Shown here one piece after another: positions 28,741-38,795 of a stretch of DNA of 64,000 nucleotides. Source of the stretch: Lachnospiraceae bacterium (GTDB lineage Bacteria; Bacillota; Clostridia; Lachnospirales; Lachnospiraceae). Within the stretch, counting starts at the first letter, position 1. Every line of letters starts with the position of its first letter. The stretch spans positions 2,358 to 66,357 of the forward strand of contig JBHAJK010000029.1 of assembly GCA_041826605.1 (NCBI GenBank), in the 5' to 3' direction. The notes beneath the pieces were generated by a model. The model worked only from the letters and a program-made list of their open reading frames with translations. It was not told the origin of the DNA and searched no databases. The translations under genes and the position numbers were made by a program.

Positions 28741-29928
28741 ATGAAAATTTACGCAGACAATGCTGCCACAACGGCAATGAGCGAGGGCGCGATTAAGGCA
28801 ATGTTGCCCTACTTAAACAATATATACGGCAATCCGTCAAGTATACATACAGCAGGGCAGGAGGCCAAGCAGGCACTGGAGAAATCGAGGGAGGACATTG
28901 CGTCCGCCCTTGATTGTGTGCCTAAAGAAGTATTTTTCACATCAGGAGGAAGTGAGGCGGACAATCAGGCGATTATTTCAGCCGCGAAAATAGGAGCCCG
29001 TAAGGGAAAGAAGCATATTATTTCCACTGCCTTTGAGCATCATGGAGTACTTCATACATTAAAGAAGCTGGAGGGGGAGGGCTTTGAAGTAACATTGTTG
29101 GATGTAAATGAAAACGGTGTGGTAAACCCAGGTCAGGTGGCAGAGGCAATCAGGGAGGATACAGCTCTGGTTACTGTGATGTATGTAAATAATGAAATAG
29201 GTACAGTACAGCCAATAAGAGAAATCGGAGCTATTTGCAGGGGAAAGGGAGTATTATTCCATACAGATGCAGTGGCGGCAGTGGGGCATATAGATGTAAG
29301 CTTTAAAAATGACAATGTGGATCTGCTTTCCCTTTCCGCTCATAAATTTAACGGACCTAAGGGTGTTGGAGCGTTGCTTGTAAGACAGGGTGTTGCTCTG
29401 ACTAATATTATAGAGGGCGGAGCACAGGAGAGAGGAAAGCGTGGCGGTACGGAAAATGTAGGCGGCATCGTGGCTACAGCCTATGCTCTTAATGAAGCTT
29501 TAAAGGGGCTTGAAGATAAGCAAAAGGTAATTATAGAAAGAAGAGACAGACTGATTGCAGGATTAAAGGAGATACCCCACGGGGTATTAAATGGAGATGA
29601 AAAGCATAGAAATCCCGGAATTGTTAATTTCTGCTTTGAGGGAATAGAGGGCGAGGCAATGCTGCTTCTTTTGGATGATAAGGGAATTTATGCTTCCTCA
29701 GGCTCTGCATGTACCTCAGGCTCTCTTGAACCAAGTCATGTGCTTTTAGCAATAGGAAGAGTCCATGATGTGGCGCATGGCTCTCTTAGGCTTTCTATTG
29801 ATGAAAAAATAACAAATGAGGAAGTGGATTATATCATAGCCTCTGTGAAAGAGGTGGTGGAGTATCTTCGGGGAATTTCTCCAATGTGGAGAGATTTGCA
29901 GACGGGAAAGAGACCCCATATTTTATAA
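28741..29928 (+). CDS. iscS: Cysteine desulfurase (NifS/IscS)
   Basis: DNAATT, GNPSS.H, SAHKF.GPKG and SSGSACTS motifs. Confidence 0.93.
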   Translation: MKIYADNAATTAMSEGAIKAMLPYLNNIYGNPSSIHTAGQEAKQALEKSREDIASALDCVPKEVFFTSGGSEADNQAIISAAKIGARKGKKHIISTAFEHHGVLHTLKKLEGEGFEVTLLDVNENGVVNPGQVAEAIREDTALVTVMYVNNEIGTVQPIREIGAICRGKGVLFHTDAVAAVGHIDVSFKNDNVDLLSLSAHKFNGPKGVGALLVRQGVALTNIIEGGAQERGKRGGTENVGGIVATAYALNEALKGLEDKQKVIIERRDRLIAGLKEIPHGVLNGDEKHRNPGIVNFCFEGIEGEAMLLLLDDKGIYASSGSACTSGSLEPSHVLLAIGRVHDVAHGSLRLSIDEKITNEEVDYIIASVKEVVEYLRGISPMWRDLQTGKRPHIL

Positions 29929-29958
29929 AAAATTGGAAGAATAGAATGGAGGACTAAT

Positions 29959-30348
29959 ATGGCTTTATATAGTGATAAGGTAATGGACCACTTCAGAAAT
30001 CCCAGGAATGTGGGCGCTATGGAGGATGCCAATGGAGTAGGAGAAGTGGGTAACGCCAGATGTGGCGATATAATGAAAATGTATCTTAAAATAGAAGATA
30101 ATATTATAGAGGATGTAAAATTTGAAACCTTTGGATGTGGAAGTGCCATTGCTTCAAGCTCGATGGCAACGGAGCTTATTAAGGGAAAATCAGTTGATGA
30201 TGCTTTGAAGCTTACAAATCAGGCAGTGACAGAGGCTCTTGACGGACTGCCGCCACATAAGATACACTGTTCGGTGCTGGCGGAGGAAGCTATAAAGGCT
30301 GCCATAGATGATTATAATGAGAAGAAAAAGGCTGAAAAAAATAGTTGA
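29959..30348 (+). CDS. iscU: Fe-S cluster scaffold (NifU/IscU)
   Basis: CGD, FGCGSAIASS and LPPHKIHC motifs. Confidence 0.93.
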   Translation: MALYSDKVMDHFRNPRNVGAMEDANGVGEVGNARCGDIMKMYLKIEDNIIEDVKFETFGCGSAIASSSMATELIKGKSVDDALKLTNQAVTEALDGLPPHKIHCSVLAEEAIKAAIDDYNEKKKAEKNS

Positions 30349-30373
30349 CACCGCAAATAGTGTGTGGTAGAGT
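30345..30373 (+). promoter_or_regulatory. sigma-A promoter of infC operon
   Basis: TTGACA-17-TAGAGT with extended -10 TG. Confidence 0.75.
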
Positions 30374-30389
30374 ATTCAAGTATGAAAAC

Positions 30390-30512
30390 AACAAGCAGGT
30401 ATTCCACCTCGCCTGGGGACAATTGAGTTTACAGGTAAAAAGTTTTCTCCATTACGTTTTGCGTTTAGGAGTATTTTATGGTGGATAGCGTTTGTTGTCC
30501 ACCTTTTTATTT
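30390..30512 (+). ncRNA. L20 ribosomal protein leader (attenuator)
   Basis: Position upstream of infC-rpmI-rplT; AAGCAG...TCCACC pairs alternatively with GGTGGA of the GGTGGATAGC...GTTGTCCACC-TTTTT terminator. Confidence 0.7.
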
Positions 30513-30538
30513 TATACTTATTTATGGAGGGTAAAAAG

Positions 30539-31045
30539 ATTAGCGACTTATTCATTAATGAACAAATCAGAGACAGAGAAGTACGTGTGATTGGTGCTGA
30601 CGGAGAGCAGCTTGGGGTTATGTCAAGCCGTGAAGCACAAAGCTTAGCAGATGAAGCAGGCCTTGACCTGGTAAAGATTGCACCCACAGCAAAACCACCG
30701 GTATGCAAAATCGTAGATTACGGAAAGTATAAATACGAGCAGGTGCGTAAGGAAAAGGAAGCAAGAAAGAAGCAGCACACGGTAGATATTAAGGAGATAA
30801 GACTTTCTCCCAATATTGATACAAATGATTTGAACACAAAGACCAATGCTGCAAGAAAGTTCTTGAGCAAAGGCGACAGGGTAAAGATTACCTTAAGATT
30901 TCGCGGTCGTGAGATGGCTCATATGCAGAGCAGCAAGCATATTCTGGATGATATTGCAGAGGCGCTGTCAGATGTGGCTATAGTTGAAAAGGCTCCTAAG
31001 GTTGAGGGTAGGAGTATGACAATGTTTTTATCCGGCAAAAAGTGA
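30539..31045 (+). CDS. infC: Translation initiation factor IF-3 (ATT start)
   Basis: INEQIR, PPVCKIVDYGKY and RFRGRE motifs; GGAGG SD 8 nt before ATT. Confidence 0.95.
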   Translation: MSDLFINEQIRDREVRVIGADGEQLGVMSSREAQSLADEAGLDLVKIAPTAKPPVCKIVDYGKYKYEQVRKEKEARKKQHTVDIKEIRLSPNIDTNDLNTKTNAARKFLSKGDRVKITLRFRGREMAHMQSSKHILDDIAEALSDVAIVEKAPKVEGRSMTMFLSGKK

Positions 31046-31098
31046 TTATAATCACAATTCGGGTGAAATAAATTATTGAATTACAGGAGGATATAATT

Positions 31099-31296
31099 AT
31101 GCCTAAGATGAAGACTAGCAGATCTGCTGCTAAGAGATTTAAATTAACAGGTTCAGGAAAGCTTAAAAGAAGCAAGGCTTATAAGCGTCATATCTTAACA
31201 AAGAAGACAACAAAGAATAAGAGAAATCTTCGTAAAGCAGCAATGACTGACTCAACAAATGTTAAGAATATGAAGAAGATTCTTCCTTATCTTTAA
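31099..31296 (+). CDS. rpmI: 50S ribosomal protein L35
   Basis: MPKMKT..SAAKRFK.TGSGK. Confidence 0.97.
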   Translation: MPKMKTSRSAAKRFKLTGSGKLKRSKAYKRHILTKKTTKNKRNLRKAAMTDSTNVKNMKKILPYL

Positions 31297-31337
31297 TTCG
31301 TAGGGTAGCAGAATCATATATTTAGGAGGAAATAACA

Positions 31338-31694
31338 ATGGCAAGAATTAAAGGCGGAATGAACGCTAAGAAAAAGCATAACAGAGTACTTAAGTTAGCT
31401 AAGGGCTATAGAGGCGCCCGCAGCAATCAGTATAGAGTAGCAAAGCAGTCTGTAATGAGAGCTCTTGCAAGCTCATATGCAGGACGTAAGGAGCGTAAGC
31501 GCCAGATGCGTCAGCTTTGGATTGCACGTATCAATGCAGCAGCAAGATTAAATGGTCTTTCATACTCAAAGTTCATGTATGGACTTAAGCTTGCAGAGGT
31601 AGATATTAACCGTAAGATGCTTGCAGAGTTGGCTGTAAATGATGCAGATGGCTTCAAGGCACTTGCAGATGTAGCTAAGGCAAAATTAGCATAA
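31338..31694 (+). CDS. rplT: 50S ribosomal protein L20
   Basis: MARIKGG...AKGYRG...[11 protein letters not shown]. Confidence 0.97.
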   Translation: MARIKGGMNAKKKHNRVLKLAKGYRGARSNQYRVAKQSVMRALASSYAGRKERKRQMRQLWIARINAAARLNGLSYSKFMYGLKLAEVDINRKMLAELAVNDADGFKALADVAKAKLA

Positions 31695-31831
31695 ATATAC
31701 TAAGTATAATGTGTAGAATAGCAGTGTTGACAATTTGAAAATTCTTTGGAAAATTCCTAAAATTTATTGTTGACAAACGCTATTTCTACATAGTATACTA
31801 TCCTAGTCGGTTGATTACAGATACATTTTAT

Positions 31832-31904
31832 GGAATCTTAGCTCAGCTGGGAGAGCATCTGCCTTACAAGCAGAGGGTCATAGGTTCGAGCCCTATAGGT
31901 TCCA
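31832..31904 (+). tRNA. tRNA-Val(TAC)
   Basis: TCTGC-CTTACAA-GCAGA; promoter TTGACA(31770)-18-TATACT upstream. Confidence 0.95.
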
Positions 31905-31932
31905 TTTCTCAACCGACATTTTAATTGAATAT

Positions 31933-32006
31933 GGCGAGATGGCTCAACTGGCTAGAGCGTCCGGTTCATACCCGGGAGGTTGCGAGTTCAAGTCTCGCTC
32001 TCGCTA
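31933..32006 (+). tRNA. tRNA-Met(CAT), elongator type
   Basis: CCGG-TTCATAC-CCGG anticodon arm, paired 1:72. Confidence 0.9.
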
Positions 32007-32009
32007 CTG

Positions 32010-32039
32010 AAAATCCGAAACGAAAGTTTCGGATTTTTT
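32010..32039 (+). terminator. tRNA terminator
   Basis: AAAATCCGAAAC-GAAA-GTTTCGGATTTT plus T-run. Confidence 0.85.
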
Positions 32040-32280
32040 GTTATACCATAGGAAATTAATTTCCTGTGGTATAACAAAAAGTATCAAAGAAGCGTGATGC
32101 TTGTTGTTGTCATATCTAAGACTTATGGCTGATATAATTATTTGTTATAGATTGCAATTAGAGAGATAATTGTAAATCATATCAGTTTATGATAATTTTA
32201 TAAATGAGACCTTTTATTTATAAATGCTTAAATAAGGTTTTTTAAAAGCTTATATATAAATATGAAAGAATTGGTAATTA

Positions 32281-32826
32281 ATGATAGATTATAAAGAATT
32301 TTTAGAGCAGCTCTTAAAGGGATATAGCTCAAGCTATGATATAGAAAAAATGGACAATGATGAGGGGCTGGTGGCAAAAGCCCATATGCATGTGGAAGAA
32401 AGTCAGTGTATGGTTTTTGAGGAGCTTAAAATGTGGACCGCCGATGCTGATGAGTATGTATATATTTATCGTATACCTCATTTGACAGATGAAATATGTA
32501 AAAAGCTTATTGAAGAAGCATATGGCTTAGGGATGCCCAATATTAAGTTAGAGCATGTTAATTTGAAAAATCAGCATATGCGTACAAATTTAGTTGCTCT
32601 ATTTATATGCGATACAGCGGATGAGGGAGCAATTAAGCTTGTTAAAAAATGTAAGATATATAAGAATTTTATGTTTGCATTAAAGGGCTGGATGGAAATG
32701 CATACCGCCCTTATACAGTTAAGTGATGGAAGTGTAGATGCCAATAGATACGGCAAGGGAACAGGGGACTATTTACGAAAACATATTGACCATTACAGGT
32801 CAAATGTAAATAAAAATACTTTATAA
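32281..32826 (+). CDS. Hypothetical protein
   Basis: 181-aa ORF, co-oriented with and 14 nt before cstA. Confidence 0.7.
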   Translation: MIDYKEFLEQLLKGYSSSYDIEKMDNDEGLVAKAHMHVEESQCMVFEELKMWTADADEYVYIYRIPHLTDEICKKLIEEAYGLGMPNIKLEHVNLKNQHMRTNLVALFICDTADEGAIKLVKKCKIYKNFMFALKGWMEMHTALIQLSDGSVDANRYGKGTGDYLRKHIDHYRSNVNKNTL

Positions 32827-32840
32827 AAGGAGACCAACTA

Positions 32841-34577
32841 ATGAATGGATTATTATTACTAATTATCTGTGTGGCATTGCTTTTGGCAGGCTATATTTTC
32901 TATGGAAGATATCTGTGTCAGCAGTGGGGCATAGGAGAGAACAAAGATGAGACTCCTGCTCACACAATGGAAGACGGAGTTGACTATGTTCCGGCAAAAG
33001 CACCTGTACTTATGGGACACCATTTTTCTTCAATTGCAGGAGCAGGTCCTATTACAGGTCCTATCAGTGCCATTGGATTAGGATTTGGATGGCTTGCATG
33101 TGCACTTTGGATTATTATTGGAGGAATTTTCTTTGGTGGTGTCCATGATTTAGGAGCATTATTTGCATCGGTTCGTCATGGTGGAAAGTCAATCGGAGAA
33201 ATTATTTCTGTAAATATGTCAAGAAGAGCAAAGAGATTGTTTATCATTTTCTCTTATCTTACACTTATTCTTGTAGTGGCAGCTTTTGCTTCAATCGTGG
33301 CTACAACCTTTGGGGCAACCATTGATGAGAGTGGCGTTATTGACAAGGTAGCTTCTACAGCAAATGCACAGGTTGCAATGGTTTCTATTTTATTCATTGT
33401 AATTGCTATAGTATTTGGATTTATGGTATATCGTAGAAATGTACCTATGGTGGCAGCATCTGTAATAGGTGTGGTAGCTATTGTTGCAATTATTGCTATC
33501 GGAATTTTCTTCCATCCTATTTATCTTTCACAGAAGCAGTGGATGTGGCTTGTAGGCGCTTATATTGCAGTTGCTTCAATTGCACCCGTATGGATTTTGT
33601 TACAGCCAAGAGATTATCTTTCAAGTTTTTTGCTTTATGCAATGCTTGGACTTGCTTTTATAGCGGTAGTAGTAGCGCATCCATCAATGGACTCAGTGCC
33701 TTTACTTAATACACCGGGTAATACAACACCTGTATTCCCTGTGCTTTTCACAACTATTGCCTGTGGTGCTATTTCAGGTTTCCATTCATTAGTTTCTTCA
33801 GGTACTACATCAAAGCAGCTTGATAAGGAAAGCGATGCAAAGCCTATTGCATATGGTGGAATGTTACTTGAGTGTGTGCTTGCTATTATGACCCTTGCGG
33901 CAGTGGCTTACGCATATAGATATAACGCAGCAAATCCCGATACAGCTCTTAAGGGTGCAACAGCTATCTTTGGCGGTGGTATTGCAGGTATGATTACAGG
34001 TGGTGCTGTAAACAGCTCATTATATAAGGTGCTTTATACCTTACTTGTACTTACATATTCGGCATTCTGCCTTACCTCTCTGGATACAGCAACCCGTCTG
34101 GCAAGATTTATGTTCCAGGAGTTCTGGGTTGACTCTACAAAGGGAGAGACCATGGATAATGTAACAGGCTATAAGAAATTCCTGTCTAATCCATATGTGG
34201 CAACATGTATTACTGTTGTAATAGGTATTGCTCTTGGTATGAACGGATATGCTAAGATTTGGGCACTCTTTGGTTCGGCTAACCAGTTGCTGGCAGGTAT
34301 TGGTTTACTTGCAGTTGCAGCATGGCTTGGAAATGCCGGTAAGAATAATAAGATGATTATTCTTCCTATGATATTTATGATTGTTGTTACTATTTCGTCA
34401 TTATTTATCAATACAAAGAGCCAGCTTGCCATTGTAAATGGAGCGGTAGCTGATAAGGTAGCTGACTGGGGCACATGGGTTCAGATTATTGTAGGAGTTC
34501 TGCTTATAGTTCTTGCTCTTGTACTGGCAGTAGAGGGAACTCAGACTATTATTAAGGCTAATAAGAAGAACGCTTAA
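32841..34577 (+). CDS. cstA: Carbon starvation protein A (peptide/pyruvate transporter)
   Basis: DGVDYVP, GHHFSSIAGAGPI.GP, LLQPRDY, ACGAISGFH and LTSLDTATR motifs. Confidence 0.95.
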   Translation: MNGLLLLIICVALLLAGYIFYGRYLCQQWGIGENKDETPAHTMEDGVDYVPAKAPVLMGHHFSSIAGAGPITGPISAIGLGFGWLACALWIIIGGIFFGGVHDLGALFASVRHGGKSIGEIISVNMSRRAKRLFIIFSYLTLILVVAAFASIVATTFGATIDESGVIDKVASTANAQVAMVSILFIVIAIVFGFMVYRRNVPMVAASVIGVVAIVAIIAIGIFFHPIYLSQKQWMWLVGAYIAVASIAPVWILLQPRDYLSSFLLYAMLGLAFIAVVVAHPSMDSVPLLNTPGNTTPVFPVLFTTIACGAISGFHSLVSSGTTSKQLDKESDAKPIAYGGMLLECVLAIMTLAAVAYAYRYNAANPDTALKGATAIFGGGIAGMITGGAVNSSLYKVLYTLLVLTYSAFCLTSLDTATRLARFMFQEFWVDSTKGETMDNVTGYKKFLSNPYVATCITVVIGIALGMNGYAKIWALFGSANQLLAGIGLLAVAAWLGNAGKNNKMIILPMIFMIVVTISSLFINTKSQLAIVNGAVADKVADWGTWVQIIVGVLLIVLALVLAVEGTQTIIKANKKNA

Positions 34578-34620
34578 TAGGCTGGAATTAATTTAATATT
34601 TGAAATGTAAAATAAAAAGT

Positions 34621-34655
34621 AAAAGCGTAGCAGTTATCTTTCTGCTACGCTTTTT
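34621..34655 (+). terminator. cstA terminator
   Basis: AAAAGCGTAGCAG...CTGCTACGCTTTTT. Confidence 0.8.
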
Positions 34656-34683
34656 GCCACCTTACATCAATTGTTTTTCAAAA

Positions 34684-34813
34684 TACAATGTCTAATGCTA
34701 AGGTACAATGTATGTTGGCTAATCTGCAATATTGTATGCTGACTTACAATGCTTGTATGCTAACTTACACTGTCTGTTTGTAACTTAGTGTCTGCTCAAG
34801 CGAGCAGACACTA
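34684..34813. repeat. Five degenerate 20-21-nt direct repeats followed by a 12-bp perfect hairpin
   Basis: Units at 34684/34704/34725/34745/34766 (consensus about TACAATGyyTGTATGCTAACT); TAGTGTCTGCTC-AAGC-GAGCAGACACTA. Confidence 0.65.
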
Positions 34814-34920
34814 CTTATTTTATTAATGTACCATAAATTTTCAATTCCTTTCTATAGATTTTTTTGCTATAATACATAGGCAAATATTGGATATTATGTA
34901 GGAAACGAAAAGAGGTAAAA

Positions 34921-35328
34921 ATGAAAAAATTCGCAAAAGAATTTAAAGAATTTATTTCCAGAGGAAATGTTATGGATATGGCAGTGGGTGTTATTATTGG
35001 TGGTGCATTTACCGCTATTGTTACATCCCTGGTAAATGATGTTATTATGCCACTGCTTTCACTGTTAACAGGGGGATTTGATTTTGCGGCTCTTAATATA
35101 GCATTAGGAGAGGGCGAGGGAGCTGCTACATTTAATTATGGCTCATTCATTGCAGCAATAATTAATTTCCTTTTAATTGCATTGGTAATATTCTGTGTTA
35201 TCAAGGCAATTAACAAAATTACAAATAAAAAAGAAGCGGCACCTACCACAAAGGATTGCCCTTATTGCTTTGAAAAGATTTCAATTAAGGCAACAAAGTG
35301 CCCTCATTGTACTTCGGACGTAAAATAA
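34921..35328 (+). CDS. mscL: Large-conductance mechanosensitive channel with C-terminal CxxC-CxxC tail
   Basis: [30 protein letters not shown] motifs. Confidence 0.95.
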   Translation: MKKFAKEFKEFISRGNVMDMAVGVIIGGAFTAIVTSLVNDVIMPLLSLLTGGFDFAALNIALGEGEGAATFNYGSFIAAIINFLLIALVIFCVIKAINKITNKKEAAPTTKDCPYCFEKISIKATKCPHCTSDVK

Positions 35329-35405
35329 GAAATATAATTAGAAGCTGAATTAACCTCATACGTGGAAAGCTGCGTCTGAGGTTAATGCCTGATTAAGGAG
35401 ATAAA

Positions 35406-37160
35406 ATGGCTTTTGACGGAATAACCGTGGCTGCGGTTGTGATGGAACTTAAGGAAAAGATTGAAAACGGTAGAATTTATAAGATTGCTCAGCCTGAAAA
35501 GGATGAGCTTTTACTTACTATAAAGGGTGGTAAGGAGCAGTATAGACTTATATTGTCTGCCAATCCCTCCCTGCCTCTGGCTTATCTTACAGATGAGAAT
35601 AAGGTAAGTCCCATTGTAGCGCCTGCCTTTACAATGCTGCTTAGAAAGCATATACAGAACGGGCGTATATTATCTGTTACACAGCCGGATTTTGAAAGAA
35701 TAATTGATATAGAAATTGAGCATTTGGATGAGCTTGGAGATATTTGCAGGAAGCATTTGATTATAGAGCTTATGGGAAAGTACAGTAATATTATTTTTAC
35801 CTCCGATGAGGGGAAAATAATTGACAGTATTAAACGTGTCAATGCCATGACAAGCTCGGTAAGAGAGGTCCTGCCGGGACTTGATTATTTTGTGCCAAAG
35901 CAGGAGGGAAAAACGAATCCCCTTAATGTAGGGTATAATGATTTTTTAGAGCTTTTAAATTCGGACAGGGCAAAGGGGGATGTTTTTAAGGTATTATATG
36001 GCTCGTTTACAGGAATTTCCCCTATGATTGCTTCGGAAATCTGTGAAGAGGCGCATGTGGCTGCTGATACGGATATTTCCATAGTAAAAGCTGATAATGA
36101 AAAGACGGAGAACCTATGGAAGAGCTTTAGTCTGCTTATGGACAGAGTGCGAGAGGGAAAATTTTCGCCTGTTATCCTTTATGAAAATAAAAATCCTAAG
36201 GATTACAGTATGGCAGGAGCTGCTTCATATTCCAAGGAAAATCAGGTGGAGTATGAAAGTCCATCCGGCCTTATTACCGCTTTTTATAAGGAAAAGGAAA
36301 CATTAACCCGTGCCCATCAAAAATCCTCTGATTTAAGGAAAATTGTGCAAACCATTCTTGAACGGGATATTAAAAAATATGATTTGCAGCTAAAGCAGCT
36401 TAAAGACACTGACAAGATGGAAAAATATAGGGTTTATGGGGAATTGCTCCATACCTATGGACACTCGGCTGTTTCGGGGGATAAAAATATTACTGTGGAT
36501 AATTATTATACAGGGGAAAAGCTGACAATACCTTTGGATGAAAATTTGTCTCCCATGGAAAATGCTAAAAAATATTTTGATAAATACAATAAGCTTAAGC
36601 GCACTAAGGAAGCCCTGGAAAGTCTGACTATAGAGGTGGGGGCAGAAATAGAGCATTTGGAGTCCATACTTACCTCATTGGAATATGCTCTTAAAGAAGA
36701 GGATTTGAATGAAATAAAGGAAGAGCTTATTGAGTTTGGCTATATAAAGCGTAAGGGAGAAAAAAAGGGACAGAACAGATTCAAGAGCAAGCCCCTGCAT
36801 TATATAAGCAGTGACGGATTTCATATGTATGTGGGTAAGAATAATTTTCAAAATGATGAGCTTACCTTTAAAATTGCCACAGGAAATGACTGGTGGTTTC
36901 ATGCCAAGGGTATGCCCGGTTCCCATGTAATTGTAAAAAGTGAGGGGGAGGAGCTGCCTGATGGTACCTTTGAGGAGGCTGCAAGGCTGGCAGCCCATTA
37001 TTCCAAGGGGGCGATGGCAGAAAAAGTGGAAATTGATTATCTGCAAAAAAAGAATGTTAAAAAGCCTAATGGCTCAAAGCCGGGCTTTGTGGTATATTAC
37101 ACCAACTACTCAATGATGATTGACAGTGATATAAGCGGAATAGAGGTGTTTAAGGAATAG
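35406..37160 (+). CDS. rqcH: NFACT/RqcH ribosome quality-control protein (FbpA-like)
   Basis: MAFDG, ELMGKYSNII, VGKNNFQND and WFHAK..PGSHV motifs. Confidence 0.9.
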   Translation: MAFDGITVAAVVMELKEKIENGRIYKIAQPEKDELLLTIKGGKEQYRLILSANPSLPLAYLTDENKVSPIVAPAFTMLLRKHIQNGRILSVTQPDFERIIDIEIEHLDELGDICRKHLIIELMGKYSNIIFTSDEGKIIDSIKRVNAMTSSVREVLPGLDYFVPKQEGKTNPLNVGYNDFLELLNSDRAKGDVFKVLYGSFTGISPMIASEICEEAHVAADTDISIVKADNEKTENLWKSFSLLMDRVREGKFSPVILYENKNPKDYSMAGAASYSKENQVEYESPSGLITAFYKEKETLTRAHQKSSDLRKIVQTILERDIKKYDLQLKQLKDTDKMEKYRVYGELLHTYGHSAVSGDKNITVDNYYTGEKLTIPLDENLSPMENAKKYFDKYNKLKRTKEALESLTIEVGAEIEHLESILTSLEYALKEEDLNEIKEELIEFGYIKRKGEKKGQNRFKSKPLHYISSDGFHMYVGKNNFQNDELTFKIATGNDWWFHAKGMPGSHVIVKSEGEELPDGTFEEAARLAAHYSKGAMAEKVEIDYLQKKNVKKPNGSKPGFVVYYTNYSMMIDSDISGIEVFKE

Positions 37161-37264
37161 AATGTATTTGCCGTTTCTTGACTGCAAAAGATAAGGTGGT
37201 GTAATATATTACAGAATACGGTCTGTTATATGAAAAATTGCAGACCTGATGGGATTGGAAAAAT

Positions 37265-38149
37265 ATGAACACAATAAAAAGTATGACGGGCTTTGGCAGA
37301 TGTGAGGTAAGCGATGAAAATCGTAAAGTCACTGTGGAGATAAAGTCTGTTAATCACAGATATTTAGATGTAAATATTAAGATGCCAAAGAAGCTTAATT
37401 TCTTTGAGAGTGCTATTAGAAATCTGCTTAAGGAATATATGCAAAGGGGTAAGGTGGATTTATTTATTACCTTTGAAGATACCTCGGAAAAAAATGTAAG
37501 CGTAACATATCATCCTGAGGTGGCAGCAGAATATTTAAAATATCTGAAAGAAATGAGTCAGAAATTTGGAGTGGAGAATGATATTAAAGTATCTGCCCTG
37601 TCCAGATATCCGGAGATTTTTACTTTAGATGATGTGGCTATTGACGAGGACAGTATTTGGAAGCTTTTAGAGAAAGGCATAAGAGGTGCCTGCGAGGGCT
37701 TTGTAGAAACAAGGCTGAAAGAGGGAGAAAATCTGAAACGCGACTTAATTCAAAAGCTGGATGGTATGCTGGATATTGTGTCATTTATTGAAAGTCGCAG
37801 CCCGGAGATTATTGAGGCTTATAAATCAGGACTTAGGGCTAAGATTGAAGAGCTGTTAGCTGATACAAAGGTTGATGAAAGCCGACTTTTAACAGAGGTT
37901 ACTATTTTTGCGGATAAGGTATGTGTGGACGAGGAAATAGTAAGACTTAGAAGCCATGTTGAAAGTGTAAAGGATATTCTGGTTTCAGGAGGCGGTATTG
38001 GAAGAAAGCTGGACTTTATGGCTCAGGAAATGAACCGTGAAGCAAATACCATATTGTCTAAGGCCAATGACCTTGAAATATCAAACAGGGGTATAGAGCT
38101 TAAAACAGAAATAGAAAAAGTACGTGAACAGATACAGAATATTGAATAG
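37265..38149 (+). CDS. yicC: YicC/YloC endoribonuclease
   Basis: SMTGFG, KSVNHRY, GRKLDF..QEMNREANT and REQIQNIE motifs. Confidence 0.93.
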   Translation: MNTIKSMTGFGRCEVSDENRKVTVEIKSVNHRYLDVNIKMPKKLNFFESAIRNLLKEYMQRGKVDLFITFEDTSEKNVSVTYHPEVAAEYLKYLKEMSQKFGVENDIKVSALSRYPEIFTLDDVAIDEDSIWKLLEKGIRGACEGFVETRLKEGENLKRDLIQKLDGMLDIVSFIESRSPEIIEAYKSGLRAKIEELLADTKVDESRLLTEVTIFADKVCVDEEIVRLRSHVESVKDILVSGGGIGRKLDFMAQEMNREANTILSKANDLEISNRGIELKTEIEKVREQIQNIE

Positions 38150-38159
38150 TGGAGCGCGA

Positions 38160-38792
38160 ATGAAAAAAAGAGGAATACTTACTGTTATTTCTGGTTTTTC
38201 CGGAGTGGGAAAGGGAACACTGGTTAAAAAGCTTGTAGAAAAGTATGACAACTACGCCCTATCGGTGTCCATGACCACAAGAAGTCCAAGACCGGGGGAA
38301 ATAGATGGAGTACATTATTTCTTCATTAACAAGGAGCAGTTCGAACAGAATATTGCAGATAAAAAGATGTTGGAATATGCTAATTATGTAGGCAATTATT
38401 ATGGTACCCCAAGAGAATATGTGGAAAGTATGTTAAATGCCGGCAAAGACGTTATACTGGAGATAGAATGTGCCGGAGCGTTTCAGGTAAAGGAAATGAT
38501 GCCCGATACATTGCTGCTTTTTGTTATTCCTCCCAGTGCGGATGAGCTTTATAAACGGCTAAAGGGAAGAGGCACTGAAAGCGAAGAGGTCATTCTGGGA
38601 AGAATGAAGCGTGCTATTGAAGAAGCAGATATAGTGGACAAGTATGAATATATGCTGCTTAATGAAAGCTTAGAGGATTGCGTGAGGGAGACCCACGAAA
38701 TCATACAAAATGAGAAATACAGTGTTTCAAGAAATGCTGAATTTATAAAACAAATAAAAGATGAATTAGTAAAGTTGGCAAAAGGAGATTAG
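38160..38792 (+). CDS. gmk: Guanylate kinase
   Basis: SGFSGVGKGT, TTRSPRPGE and NYYGT motifs. Confidence 0.95.
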   Translation: MKKRGILTVISGFSGVGKGTLVKKLVEKYDNYALSVSMTTRSPRPGEIDGVHYFFINKEQFEQNIADKKMLEYANYVGNYYGTPREYVESMLNAGKDVILEIECAGAFQVKEMMPDTLLLFVIPPSADELYKRLKGRGTESEEVILGRMKRAIEEADIVDKYEYMLLNESLEDCVRETHEIIQNEKYSVSRNAEFIKQIKDELVKLAKGD

Positions 38793-38795
38793 ATT

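Noticed and set aside
34684-34785. Possible CRISPR array
   Set aside because: Units are contiguous, degenerate and 20-21 nt with no unique spacers; no cas genes in the window.
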